From: Escherichia coli
Lineage (GTDB): Bacteria > Pseudomonadota > Gammaproteobacteria > Enterobacterales > Enterobacteriaceae
Assembly (NCBI GenBank): GCA_025336685.1
Contig: GCA_025336685.1_4717.1
Length of the DNA: 64,000 nucleotides
Strand: one strand, 5' to 3'
Shown: positions 48,813 to 58,264 of the stretch, piece by piece
How positions within the stretch are numbered: the first letter of the stretch is position 1
Layout of the letters: every line of letters begins with the position of its first letter
The notes under the pieces: model-generated
Databases searched by the model: none
What the model saw: the letters and a program-made list of their open reading frames with translations, nothing else
What the model was told of the DNA's origin: nothing
Position numbers and translations under genes: made by a program

Positions 48813-49919
48813 TTAAAAGTAATATTTCAGCGCCTCGCGAGAGACATCAAGCATAGCCGCCGTTGAATTCGTAAAGAACTCGGCATAGCCCACAAGCGGC
48901 ACCTTGATCCACGCGGTATACGCTGTAAGGTATCGAGAAAGGGCTACCATAGCATCATCAGAAGCAGTAGTAACTGACAACTGACCTTGTTGACGATAAA
49001 CGTCGTTAAGTTTCGCTTGTAGATTCCCTGCAATTTCGAGTAACTCGTTGGCGTACTTTTTACGATGGTAACTAACCAGCAAATCAACGCCCGTATTCAC
49101 AGACTCGAGCAACACACCAACTTGTTCTAATGTTGGCATTGTAACCACCATATCCCGTTCAATGGACGGCACATCCTGGACTTCAAACCGTGCGGATTGA
49201 ATAGCGAGGGATTGTTGAATTGAACCAGAACCTGAGGTGGTAACCTGATCGAGTCGTAGCGTACGGTTGCCCAGTAACGTTACGTTGACAAGTCTCGATT
49301 CGTTCAGCGTACTGTAGACTTTATGCAATAACGTATACGCATCACGATTAATCACATCGATTAATGCGGTATCCGTCTGTTTTAAGATAATGTCGAGTGC
49401 TCTATCTAACGTATTAGCGAACTGCTTGAAATCATCACGGAATGACGAAGACAAGAGATATTCGGCGATTGCCAAATTCTGTTTGTATAGCGTATTCCCG
49501 GTTGTGAAATCGAACCCAAAACTGTTCCCATACCGTAGGTGCGGAGCCAACGTCGACGTAGCTTCGAAGCTTTGCGCGATAGGTTTACGACCAACGGCTT
49601 TTGTGTAGTGACGGCGGATGTTACTGAGTTCGAGTTGTAGTGCGCGACTACGATCGATAAACCGTGCGATAAACGCAGTAATGTTCCGCAACGTTGTCCA
49701 GATTGCATCGATGATAGCTTTGATGATTTTCATCGCAAGCTGATTGTACGATTCCATCGTGAGGAGATCAGCACTTTCTGTGGTATAACCGGTCGTCGGA
49801 ATACCGCCCGCTTGCTGATAAATAAGCTGATGAATTTGTCGTTGCGTTGCTGTCTCTGGCACAGGTAATGTCTTTAACAAGCTTAACGCTTGAATCTGTC
49901 CGTCATAGGTCTGCGGCAT
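48813..49919 (-). CDS. head internal (inner-body-like) protein candidate, paralogue family D
   Basis: ORF track 48813..49970; ATG at M18 has GAGGAA RBS; shares central helix-rich block with 49903..55396 paralogues. Confidence 0.65.
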   Translation of the reverse strand: MPQTYDGQIQALSLLKTLPVPETATQRQIHQLIYQQAGGIPTTGYTTESADLLTMESYNQLAMKIIKAIIDAIWTTLRNITAFIARFIDRSRALQLELSNIRRHYTKAVGRKPIAQSFEATSTLAPHLRYGNSFGFDFTTGNTLYKQNLAIAEYLLSSSFRDDFKQFANTLDRALDIILKQTDTALIDVINRDAYTLLHKVYSTLNESRLVNVTLLGNRTLRLDQVTTSGSGSIQQSLAIQSARFEVQDVPSIERDMVVTMPTLEQVGVLLESVNTGVDLLVSYHRKKYANELLEIAGNLQAKLNDVYRQQGQLSVTTASDDAMVALSRYLTAYTAWIKVPLVGYAEFFTNSTAAMLDVSREALKYYF

Positions 49920-51204
49920 TGCTGGTTTCCTCAAGTTCGAGATGCGCATCAAGATAATCATTAAGACCATCGATGACGTCGCAGACAGTTAACAGGAATC
50001 GGGCAAAAGCGACCGCCTGGAAGCCGACGACGTTACGCGCGATACCTACACGTTGAACGATAGCGGATGATGCGGTATCGTTGTTATCCATCTGTTGTAG
50101 TAAACGCTCGTAAGGTTGAATCCATTCGTCCTGGTCGGCAAGGCTTGCTTCAAGACAACGTTTAAATTCCAACTGTCGTAGCGTAGACCATAATGTACTT
50201 AATGCGTTGATGATCGCGTTGGTTCCGTCGATAACATCGTTTAACGGTAAGAAACGGAATCCGTCTTTTGCTGATTGGAAAGGTACAGCTTCCCACACAA
50301 CGCTGAACTGCGTTCCTGATGTGTCTTCGATGTTGTGTAATTTAAGGTAGGAAGCACCAACAGGAACGTCAACGACCAGATCGTCTGTTCCGGTAGGTGT
50401 TAACGGCTTCTCGCATAACGCATCGTTGATGACCTCGAGAATATTCTCCCAACAGGCTTCGTTTTCTGCAGCGATACCTTCTTTGTTATCCACTGATGGT
50501 GCTTTTAGTAGCTGCATTAATAACGGATCGAGTTGACGATGCCATGTTGCGAGTATCCCTGTGTTCGTTACGATGTTTTCTGCGGTTTGTTGTAAATCAG
50601 CAATACTGCTTACCGCACCGCCTTTCGGATGAAGATATCGCCAATTGTAAGGAAAGTTCTCCCAGAATGCGTTATCTTCATTAACATCGTATTCAGAAAT
50701 AGTTTTCAACGCAGCCGCTTTCTTTAATAACGGCTTCACCTGACGAACGAATCGACGATAACAGCGATTGCAGATATCGATCGCGTAGCGGTATAACTCG
50801 TTCATGTAAAGCCATAATGCACGGGTTGCTTCTTTTGCGGTCTTGTCAAAACTTTCCATGTTCAAGCTCATCCCGCTGGAAGTTTCCTCTTCCATACCTT
50901 CGATGATGTGGTTTGGATCCATCCCCATCCCGGCTGCTGCGGTCGATGCGATATGTTTGATCGTGCTGATATCGCGTTCTTCAGCCTCAGTCATATCTGG
51001 GATAATATCCAACCTGAGTTTATTTAATGTTTGAAGGTGTTGTTCACCTTCTTTCATCACCATGTTTGTTTCGTCGATTGAGTGAAACTGGTTCTCAATA
51101 TTACTGGCATCGAGAATATTGCCAGCGATACCGAACGATTCTACAGGTTCATCATCAATCCCTTGAAACAACGATGTCATGGGTTGTTGCAACACGTTTT
51201 CCAT
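49903..51204 (-). CDS. head internal (inner-body-like) protein candidate, paralogue family D
   Basis: 433 aa, ATG with AGGAG RBS; DISTIKHIASTAAAGMGMDP block. Confidence 0.7.
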   Translation of the reverse strand: MENVLQQPMTSLFQGIDDEPVESFGIAGNILDASNIENQFHSIDETNMVMKEGEQHLQTLNKLRLDIIPDMTEAEERDISTIKHIASTAAAGMGMDPNHIIEGMEEETSSGMSLNMESFDKTAKEATRALWLYMNELYRYAIDICNRCYRRFVRQVKPLLKKAAALKTISEYDVNEDNAFWENFPYNWRYLHPKGGAVSSIADLQQTAENIVTNTGILATWHRQLDPLLMQLLKAPSVDNKEGIAAENEACWENILEVINDALCEKPLTPTGTDDLVVDVPVGASYLKLHNIEDTSGTQFSVVWEAVPFQSAKDGFRFLPLNDVIDGTNAIINALSTLWSTLRQLEFKRCLEASLADQDEWIQPYERLLQQMDNNDTASSAIVQRVGIARNVVGFQAVAFARFLLTVCDVIDGLNDYLDAHLELEETSNAADL

Positions 51205-51310
51205 TTGGGACTCCTACGTAGGGAAATCTTGGCGGGTGATCATGTCCGCCATTTACCTTCTGAACCGTTGATTCAGAAGTCAAAAGATAACCGGATACCG
51301 GCGTCATAAA

Positions 51311-51342
51311 CCTTCCTCCTTCCCTTACGGGTTGGAGGAAGG
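51311..51342 (-). terminator. conserved hairpin element, copy
   Basis: CCTTCCTCC-TT-CCC-TTAC-GGG-TT-GGAGGAAGG 3' of minus gene 51353..52642. Confidence 0.6.
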
Positions 51343-51352
51343 GATAGGGTGA

Positions 51353-52642
51353 TTATGCTTTTTCGGTCGCTGCGTTGAAGTATTTCGCAGCAGCAAATAC
51401 AGCATCCGCATACTGACGTACAGAGGCACGGAGGATCTTAGTTCCTAATACAGAGCTTAAACGAGCCATTTCTGTTACAGCTGTGATATAAGGACGTACG
51501 GTTTCACGATCAGCCTCAGGTAACTTGTCGAGCATTTCGCCCCACTTCGTTTTGATCTGCATTCCGTTGAGTTTAGCGTCTCGTCCTACAGAGCGCGCCA
51601 AACTTTCAACTTTATGCAAATACGTCGGTTCCACCATACGGAATGCCTTCAGATATGCAGTCAATGCGCTTTTCAGCTCATTCCCATCGTGGAAAATATT
51701 CGCATTTTCGATTTTATCTGTTACGGTGTCAACAACTTCAATATGAACATCCTTCACCAAAGCACATGCTTTAACGACATCCTTCTCTTTTTCTAGCGCA
51801 TCCAACCCTTTAACGACATATTGTTTTCCACCACTTTCTGGAAGTCTGAACGCCCTCAGTGCGGCTTTAGTGGCCTGAAGATACTCGTCTAGGACACGAT
51901 CAAGCGTTGTTAAATCAGTTAGGACATTAATGTCGTAGTTGATATCGCCGATCTTAGTAAATAAGAAATCTGATATCGTCGCACTTGCAGCCAGTTGTTC
52001 GATATGTTTGCTAACGGATGCCGCATCAACAGATTTTGCGTTCGGGAACATATTAACCATATTCCCGGTAGGCTTCTCTAGTTGTTTGATCTGACGTTCC
52101 CCTTTATTGACTTCGGATGCAATTTTGGTGATCTCAGCATAAGCCAGAACGAGATTCTTGAACAACATCTGGAACAGTTTGAACAGTTGCTCAGCAATAT
52201 TTGCAATGATTACCCAAACTGCGTATAACGCTTGTGCTGCGCGTTCTTTAAAGCCTTCCAGTACGATAGCCTGTCCTTCCACTAATTTATCATTAGCCTG
52301 GAACATGTCTTCATCAGACATCCCCAGGTTTGCTGCTGATGTCGAAGCGATCTGACGGATAAGTGCGACGTCGCTCACACGTGCTTCCGAGATCGTTGGT
52401 GCGATCATGTACGCTGTATCTTCCAGCGTTGCTGAGGTACGCACTGCAATTTCAGCCAGTTCGCTGGATTCATCGATTGTCTCGTCGGTATGTCGAATCA
52501 CCAACTCAACTTCACCCTCTTCAATTTCTGCGTTAGGATCGTGTTGCTCCGTCGGAATCGTCGCGAGAAGATCTTCGGCGCTGAGCAATGCGAGTTCGAA
52601 TGCGTTTTTATTGACGTTGTCAAAAAGAGAAATACGTGCCAT
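51353..52642 (-). CDS. head internal (inner-body-like) protein candidate, paralogue family D
   Basis: 429 aa, ATG with AAGGAA RBS; SDVALIRQIASTSAANLGMSDEDMF block; acidic N-terminus with repeated (A/L)xE. Confidence 0.75.
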   Translation of the reverse strand: MARISLFDNVNKNAFELALLSAEDLLATIPTEQHDPNAEIEEGEVELVIRHTDETIDESSELAEIAVRTSATLEDTAYMIAPTISEARVSDVALIRQIASTSAANLGMSDEDMFQANDKLVEGQAIVLEGFKERAAQALYAVWVIIANIAEQLFKLFQMLFKNLVLAYAEITKIASEVNKGERQIKQLEKPTGNMVNMFPNAKSVDAASVSKHIEQLAASATISDFLFTKIGDINYDINVLTDLTTLDRVLDEYLQATKAALRAFRLPESGGKQYVVKGLDALEKEKDVVKACALVKDVHIEVVDTVTDKIENANIFHDGNELKSALTAYLKAFRMVEPTYLHKVESLARSVGRDAKLNGMQIKTKWGEMLDKLPEADRETVRPYITAVTEMARLSSVLGTKILRASVRQYADAVFAAAKYFNAATEKA

Positions 52643-52651
52643 GTTAGTTCC

Positions 52652-53968
52652 TTAACCTTTGGTATAGGCTTTAACGAGAGTGTTGATAAATGAAGTCAGT
52701 GCGCGAAGATACTGGTACGCGAACTGGTTTTCAATACGGTTCTCTTTACCGCAAAGCAGAATCGCGCGCTTAACGAGCTTAGGATAGATCTCGATGTACG
52801 GTTGGTAGCTTGCATCAAAATTCTGCTCGTTGAAGCGTTTCATGGTGATTTCCTGGATACGCTCCATGGTGCGAATTTTATTGCGAGAGAATATCTCAGA
52901 GAAAGCACGTCCGCGTTTTGTTACCATCAACAGATCTTTCGCGAACGTCAGTTGTCGAACGCTACGCAAATCGTCAGGTGTTGGTAGGACGTACGTTTCT
53001 GGATCGTTATCCCATTCAACATCTTCAACGACAATATCCAAGTCGAGGTAACGTTTAACAGCATCGATGATATTGTCTTTTGACGCATCGAATTCTTTCA
53101 AGAAGACTGCGCCGTTGATGTAGCGGATACGTTTTCCGGAAACCGTTGGGGTGATAACGTCAGCACCTTCCACAGAACCACGATTTTCCAGCGTCGATTT
53201 GACAGCGTTCAAGAAAGTCAGATAATCAACGGGAAGTTTTTCAACCTTATCTAAATGGAAGTCGATGATGTTTAATCCTAACCCATCAATAACTGAATAA
53301 CCGTCCGATTTAAGGAACATCTGATTGAAGGTATCGATGTTGCTTTTCAGCGTGTCTACACCACCAACGTTGTTACGGTTAGGGAAAAGTGTTCGCCACT
53401 CTGCTTTAAACGCGACCTCTTTATTTTCCGTGTATTTGCCTTTGGGCATTTGTTCGAGGGCTGCAATAGCTTTCTGAAAATTGCGTGTCTCGTCATAAAC
53501 AAGATGGGTAAGCTTCTCGAAGGCTGCTGCCAGAGTCAGGGCAATATCAACGATGATATCCCAGATCTTTTTCATGGCTTTTACAACGGTGTCTTTAAAC
53601 CCTTCAACAACCAAAGCTTCTCCAATCTCAACACGGTCGGTTGGAGTCAGCAATGCTTCGGAGGGCAAGCCCAAAGCAATCGATGCGGATTCTTGAATGT
53701 TACGAACCAACGCAACATCACTGTAGTTAGCCGATTCGATAGTCGGGGCAACATCAAAACTGATTTCCCGCAGTGCTTCAACAGCAGGGAAAGCACGATC
53801 AAGTGCATCTTCATGTTCGTCGATTGTCGCCAAACGTAACTCAACACCATCAGCATCGATGACTTCAGCGGTAGGCTCCACAGCAAGCGCTTCAGCAACA
53901 ATAGGATCTTTTTCAAACGCTTCGAGGCTGATATCGCCTTGGGTCGCAAATAGCGGTATGTGTACCAT
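52652..53968 (-). CDS. head internal (inner-body-like) protein candidate, paralogue family D
   Basis: ORF track 52652..53992 (TTG); ATG at M9 has GGAGA RBS; SDVALVRNIQESASIALGLPSEALL block. Confidence 0.7.
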   Translation of the reverse strand: MVHIPLFATQGDISLEAFEKDPIVAEALAVEPTAEVIDADGVELRLATIDEHEDALDRAFPAVEALREISFDVAPTIESANYSDVALVRNIQESASIALGLPSEALLTPTDRVEIGEALVVEGFKDTVVKAMKKIWDIIVDIALTLAAAFEKLTHLVYDETRNFQKAIAALEQMPKGKYTENKEVAFKAEWRTLFPNRNNVGGVDTLKSNIDTFNQMFLKSDGYSVIDGLGLNIIDFHLDKVEKLPVDYLTFLNAVKSTLENRGSVEGADVITPTVSGKRIRYINGAVFLKEFDASKDNIIDAVKRYLDLDIVVEDVEWDNDPETYVLPTPDDLRSVRQLTFAKDLLMVTKRGRAFSEIFSRNKIRTMERIQEITMKRFNEQNFDASYQPYIEIYPKLVKRAILLCGKENRIENQFAYQYLRALTSFINTLVKAYTKG

Positions 53969-54016
53969 GTGTTGTCTCCAGTAATGATTCAAAAGATAAA
54001 CCTGAGCGGCATAGAA

Positions 54017-54048
54017 CCCTCTCCCAACCCGTAAGGGAAGGGAGAGGG
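54017..54048 (-). terminator. conserved hairpin element, copy
   Basis: CCCTCTCCC-AA-CCC-GTAA-GGG-AA-GGGAGAGGG 3' of minus gene 54071..55396. Confidence 0.6.
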
Positions 54049-54070
54049 AATATGTCAGTTTATTAACTGA

Positions 54071-55396
54071 TTACTGCTGTGCTGCGTCAGCCGGTTTCTC
54101 GGCCGCCTGGCCGCCGTACTCTTTCAGCATTTTAGCAGCGCCATCCAGGACAGCGTTACCTGCCTGAACACCGTATTTCATCAGACCAGTCTGTGGGTTC
54201 ACGTAGCAGGAACGTGCGTCTTTCAGTGCAGACAGTACAGCTTGAACACGCTGTTTTTCCTGAGCGGAAACTTCGCCTTTCTTAGACAGATCAGCTTCCA
54301 TTGCGTCGCCGAATTTAACAGCGTCTTTGAAGCCCTGGGATTTCTTACCGATGTTGCCTTTCAGCGCCAGCAGTTTGTCAGCCAGTACTTCAACACCGCT
54401 AACCGCAGCGGCCAGCTGATTCAGGGACAGGACGGTAGCTTCAACTTCTTTTGCTTCACCGGAGCGTTCCCAGGTTACTTTACCATCGTTGGCTTTGAAA
54501 CCCCAGCCCGCAGGACCAGCAACGTCAGCAATCGCCGGAGCGTTCAGTTTATCGGCGTACTCGGTGTGAGATTTAGCAACAACAGTGTTGACGAATTTAT
54601 CAGCACGATCGTCAGCAGCCTTCATTGCTTTCTCGAAGGTGTCGGCGATTTTGGTCGCACCGGTAACCAGATCGTCGCCACCGATGTAACCTGAAATGCC
54701 ACTACCCAGGGTAACTTTGGCATTTTTAGCAGCGCCTTTACGCTTGGCGATCATTTCTTTCAGTTTAGCAGCGCGTGCTTTCAGTTTGGTCGCGCCGTCG
54801 AAGATGCGATCCATGAACTTCACGAAGGTTTCCCAGGAAGTTTTCAGGAAGTTCTTGATGGTTGCCCACAGTTTCTGCCACCATTTTTGTTCTTCCAGGA
54901 AGATCATGTTGGTTGCATCGTAACGGGAAGCAGAACCACCGAAGCTTTCGAAGGACGGCATGGTTTCCGGCAGTTTGAAACCGATAGTACCACACAGGCG
55001 TTTCAGGTTACGCATGTGTTCCTGAGCGGTTTGTGCAGACATACCACCGTCTTTCAGGTAGCTTTCGGTTGCAACAACGGTTTCCGTCAGTTCATCCATG
55101 GCTTCATCCATGGCTTCTGCGGTTTCGTCGTCTTTTGCAATTTCGATAACAACAGCGTCAACCTGCTCGATATCGCCACGAACTTCGATAGCCAGTTCGG
55201 TTTCAGCTGCAGTATCTTCAGCGATTTCAGCGCGTTCGGTCAGTTCAGCTACAACGGTTTCATCTGCTGCTGCTGCGGCATCAGCTGCCGGTTCTGCTTC
55301 AACGGTTGCCGCTGCATCCGGATCGATCTCAGCAGCCAGTTGAACCAGCTGTGCGTTAGATGGATTTGCGACAAGACGATCAAAAATAGAAGGCAT
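54071..55396 (-). CDS. abundant Ala/Glu-rich head protein candidate (family D-like; scaffold or internal protein)
   Basis: 441 aa, ATG with AAAGGAA RBS; strong codon bias; N-terminal 100 aa acidic with many AxE motifs. Confidence 0.75.
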   Translation of the reverse strand: MPSIFDRLVANPSNAQLVQLAAEIDPDAAATVEAEPAADAAAAADETVVAELTERAEIAEDTAAETELAIEVRGDIEQVDAVVIEIAKDDETAEAMDEAMDELTETVVATESYLKDGGMSAQTAQEHMRNLKRLCGTIGFKLPETMPSFESFGGSASRYDATNMIFLEEQKWWQKLWATIKNFLKTSWETFVKFMDRIFDGATKLKARAAKLKEMIAKRKGAAKNAKVTLGSGISGYIGGDDLVTGATKIADTFEKAMKAADDRADKFVNTVVAKSHTEYADKLNAPAIADVAGPAGWGFKANDGKVTWERSGEAKEVEATVLSLNQLAAAVSGVEVLADKLLALKGNIGKKSQGFKDAVKFGDAMEADLSKKGEVSAQEKQRVQAVLSALKDARSCYVNPQTGLMKYGVQAGNAVLDGAAKMLKEYGGQAAEKPADAAQQ

Positions 55397-55420
55397 AATT
55401 TGTTTCCTTTACAATAAATT

Positions 55421-55436
55421 GCACATTAGCTAATGT
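55421..55436. promoter_or_regulatory. perfect 16-bp palindrome upstream of 54071..55396
   Basis: CACATTAGCTAATGTG about 25 nt upstream of the start codon, adjacent to a second imperfect hairpin (GCTTAAGTG...CACTTAAAAGC). Confidence 0.35.
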
Positions 55437-55460
55437 GGCTTAAGTGAGCCATTAGCCCAC

Positions 55461-55991
55461 TTAAAAGCCCTTAAAACCCGGTGCCATAGGTTGCCCAAAC
55501 ACCGCATTCAAAGTACATATGATGTCCTGGATGCCATTGTCCCAATGGAGCCAAGTACGCACCATCTCTTCGTCTGACAACGTGATATAACTCATAAGTT
55601 TACCGCTGCTTTCCAGACGTTGGTGCGAACTTAGCGACTGACGATCTGACCAGTTATCAATCAGTTGACCAGCGATCTGAACGTTCGTGTCTCGTCTACC
55701 TGTGTGAATGAACCGCAGTGTATCACGGATAAACTCCAGACTGGTGAAGTTCAGATTTGGGTTATGGCTGTTCATTTCCACCCAGTCGGTAATGGGGTAC
55801 ATCAAACGATAAAGGGTAGAAAGAACCTGACGCTCGTATTTCCAGTCATCGAGAGGAGTACCGTCGACCAGACGCTGATACAAACTAACAACGTCGCGAT
55901 CGTAGTTCTCCTGACGTTTTACGCCGTTAACCGGAAATCCGAAGAATCCGGTACCGTATAACGTTAAAGGGACGTCACGAAGTGCACTCAT
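55461..55991 (-). CDS. hypothetical protein (about 176 aa)
   Basis: ORF track 55461..56123; ATG at M45 forms ATGA overlap with the stop of the upstream ORF; sequence before it overlaps 55988..56464 out of frame. Confidence 0.6.
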   Translation of the reverse strand: MSALRDVPLTLYGTGFFGFPVNGVKRQENYDRDVVSLYQRLVDGTPLDDWKYERQVLSTLYRLMYPITDWVEMNSHNPNLNFTSLEFIRDTLRFIHTGRRDTNVQIAGQLIDNWSDRQSLSSHQRLESSGKLMSYITLSDEEMVRTWLHWDNGIQDIICTLNAVFGQPMAPGFKGF

Positions 55992-56464
55992 ACAGCCGCC
56001 TCTTCTTTTCGTTTGATGTCGTAACGAAGTTTCTTCAGTCGCTCTTCGTGATATTCGATCTGCTGCTGGATTTTTGGATCGTTGCCCGCATTCTGTTGCT
56101 TTTGCTTCAGTGACAAAATCCAATACTCCAACGCTTGGGCTTCTTCTTTGGCTGCTTGTAACGACGCTTCTTCACGTTCGCTGCGCCAGATGCGATAACG
56201 GTAAATAAGCGTGTTGGTCATTTGAGTGTCGGACCATGAACCCATGCGCATCGGGTCAGTATTACCCGCGTTGTACAACCCATTACCAACACCGTCTTCA
56301 TCAGAAACCACAACATCCGGGATTTTATCCAACCCAGCAAGGATCTGTTGTTTCTGTCCACACAGCACCTCGGTGGCAATGGCGAAACCGTACATGTTGG
56401 CGGTCAGGTAAGCAATCTCGTTTTTGGTGAAGAACTCACCAAGTGCTTTATCACCACCTGGCAT
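55988..56464 (-). CDS. hypothetical protein, 3' segment of a possibly interrupted gene
   Basis: 158 aa from the first ATG; the same frame stays open and strongly codon-optimised for 66 more codons upstream (to in-frame TAG at about 56663) with no canonical start. Confidence 0.5.
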   Translation of the reverse strand: MPGGDKALGEFFTKNEIAYLTANMYGFAIATEVLCGQKQQILAGLDKIPDVVVSDEDGVGNGLYNAGNTDPMRMGSWSDTQMTNTLIYRYRIWRSEREEASLQAAKEEAQALEYWILSLKQKQQNAGNDPKIQQQIEYHEERLKKLRYDIKRKEEAAV

Positions 56465-56662
56465 GCTTTCGCAGATGACTGTCGCACGAAGCAGCGTACG
56501 AGCGTAGCTAACGTAGAAGCCCAGGGACTCAACAAGACGTACCAGAGCGGCTTCTTTGAAACTCAGACCGTCGGCAGCAACATCGATTTCCAGGTTTTTG
56601 TTAACACGTTTAACAATTTCTGGAATCAGATCAACAGCATTACGTAGCGCTATGAACGTTTT

Positions 56663-57132
56663 CTACCCAGCTTCCAGAGCGAACGCGGGTTAAACGCTGA
56701 TGCAGATCCTTGTCAGCGAGTTTCCATAAGGCGCTTTCCCTTTTGGAGAAGCGGAGCGGATGTCTCGTAGGCGGAATCGCGGTGTTGTTGATTTCGTCAC
56801 GGATCGATTCAAGTGCGTCAGCAACACCGGCAGGTTTAAAAGCGGCTTCAAACTGCGAATGAATTCTTTAAAATCAATTGCCATGAGTGAGCAATTCCGC
56901 GCTATTTCGAACAGGTTACGTGTGTTAACGAATCTGTGGGACGTTTCCGGTACGGAGGCCTGGAGGATCGTCAGAAGATCAACCCGAGGTTGACGAACTG
57001 TTGATTTTTCCAGCTGTTTGAAGCTTACTGTGGTCCCTTGATCCAAGCTGTGGAAATAGAAGGTCACCATCTCTTCAGCTTGTCGATGATGATCAACTGC
57101 ATTGCAAGGGCTTCAGCCATGACTTTCACGTG
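56663..57132 (-). other. 470-bp interval interrupting coding sequence (frame-disrupted gene, intervening sequence, or recoding region)
   Basis: Lies between the TAA stop of 57133..58020 and the in-frame TAG preceding the optimised 55988..56662 frame; contains a 126-aa ORF (56690..57070) with poor codons and a second open frame entered by -1 shift at T_TTA_AAC (about 56834..56840). Confidence 0.4.
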
Positions 57133-58020
57133 TTATAGCCGACAAACGACGTCCGATTCATGCCTGATGGCTTCCTGGTTAGCCTTAGAGATGATATAGG
57201 TGGAGGCGATTGCTCCAGAAGAAGGGATCTTTGTGCTCGCTGCAGCTTTTGCGGCATTGATGCGCGCAGCATTAACAGCCTTGCGGATACCCTCTTTATC
57301 CATACGTGAGATTCGTTTGTGTTCACGAACCAGGTCACTAAGCAGGATCATGTCGCTCCAGAAAGACAGCTCACCCGCCATCATGCGATGCCAACGTGCT
57401 CGCCAGGTGTTCTGTGGGCCGCCGATCGCTAAAATCGACGCAAGCACTTCCGCTGGTGAACTTGCAATACGCATGCTGATGTTCAATGGCATTTTCATCG
57501 TTGCCTGACCATCGGTCAGCGTCACGGTTAAGAACTTGCCGGTGACCGCGTTTGCATCTTTGTTCAGCAATTCGATCGCTGCGTCGCTGGCCCCAACATC
57601 GAGGCTATTTTTTTGTTTCCCCAGCAGGTTGAATCCTTTGTCATCAAGGAAAACAAGGCTTTTGCTATCCGCACTTTCCAGTGCTAATTTAACAGCCTTA
57701 TCCATCATGTTAGCGTTACGGTTTGGATTCACACGACCCAGCGTTTTATCGACACTGATATTACCCACCTGCATGATGGTGTTCAACGCCAGTAAATAGA
57801 ACCCGGTATACATATTTTCAGCGGTGCGCATGCAGTTGCCTAACGCATTGCGTGCGTCGCTATAATACAACTCACGTTCAAAGATCAACGGCGCGATAAC
57901 GCGTGAAGGTTGTGAGAGTTCAACCAGCGAACCTGGCTGGATAAGTTTATTAACTTCGTAGACTTTAGCGATACCGGACGCAACAACGTTAACAGCGTCG
58001 GCAATTTCTGATGCTACCAT
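57133..58020 (-). CDS. hypothetical protein (295 aa), possible 5' part of an interrupted gene
   Basis: ATG with AAGGA RBS; good codon usage. Confidence 0.7.
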   Translation of the reverse strand: MVASEIADAVNVVASGIAKVYEVNKLIQPGSLVELSQPSRVIAPLIFERELYYSDARNALGNCMRTAENMYTGFYLLALNTIMQVGNISVDKTLGRVNPNRNANMMDKAVKLALESADSKSLVFLDDKGFNLLGKQKNSLDVGASDAAIELLNKDANAVTGKFLTVTLTDGQATMKMPLNISMRIASSPAEVLASILAIGGPQNTWRARWHRMMAGELSFWSDMILLSDLVREHKRISRMDKEGIRKAVNAARINAAKAAASTKIPSSGAIASTYIISKANQEAIRHESDVVCRL

Positions 58021-58054
58021 ATTGAAATCCTTATTTACAAATAAAGGAAAGAAA

Positions 58055-58264
58055 ATGTCTAATTACTACGACCAAGCTATTCAAACCATTCAGGAAGATA
58101 ATGCGTCGTTAACACCCGAAGCTGTGGAGGCAGCGGGCAATGCGGTGTTATTCACTGATTCAGATTGGGCAATGGCGCGGAAGAATATTCGTACCAGTGT
58201 CGGTCAAGGGACATACGGACAGTATCGCCAGACGGTATCGGAATGTGTCACCTATTCCGGGTAA
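58055..58264 (+). CDS. small ORF (about 69 aa), possible N-terminal part of a frameshift fusion with 58140..59258
   Basis: ORF track 58022..58264; ATG at M12 has AAAGGAAAG RBS; good codon usage; ends GGG TAA. Confidence 0.5.
   Translation: MSNYYDQAIQTIQEDNASLTPEAVEAAGNAVLFTDSDWAMARKNIRTSVGQGTYGQYRQTVSECVTYSG

Noticed and set aside
45855-48816. Plus-strand ORFs (46140..46787, 46912..47355, 47784..48635, 48475..48816) inside the 1121-aa gene
   Set aside because: Antisense to a long well-supported minus-strand gene; products are Cys/Phe/Arg-rich low-complexity sequences
56663-56692. Stop-codon recoding (alternative genetic code) to explain the in-frame TAA and TAG
   Set aside because: TAA, TAG and TGA all function as stops at the ends of well-supported genes across the window, and TAA reassignment is not known in phages
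56663-57132. Classical group I intron
   Set aside because: I could not find the conserved P7/R-S core sequences by eye, and two frames in the interval are protein-like, unusual for a structured intron; it remains a minority hypothesis
56640-57132. Cloning-vector or polylinker contamination suggested by many six-cutter sites
   Set aside because: Enrichment of palindromic hexamers is only about twofold and no contiguous vector-like sequence is recognisable
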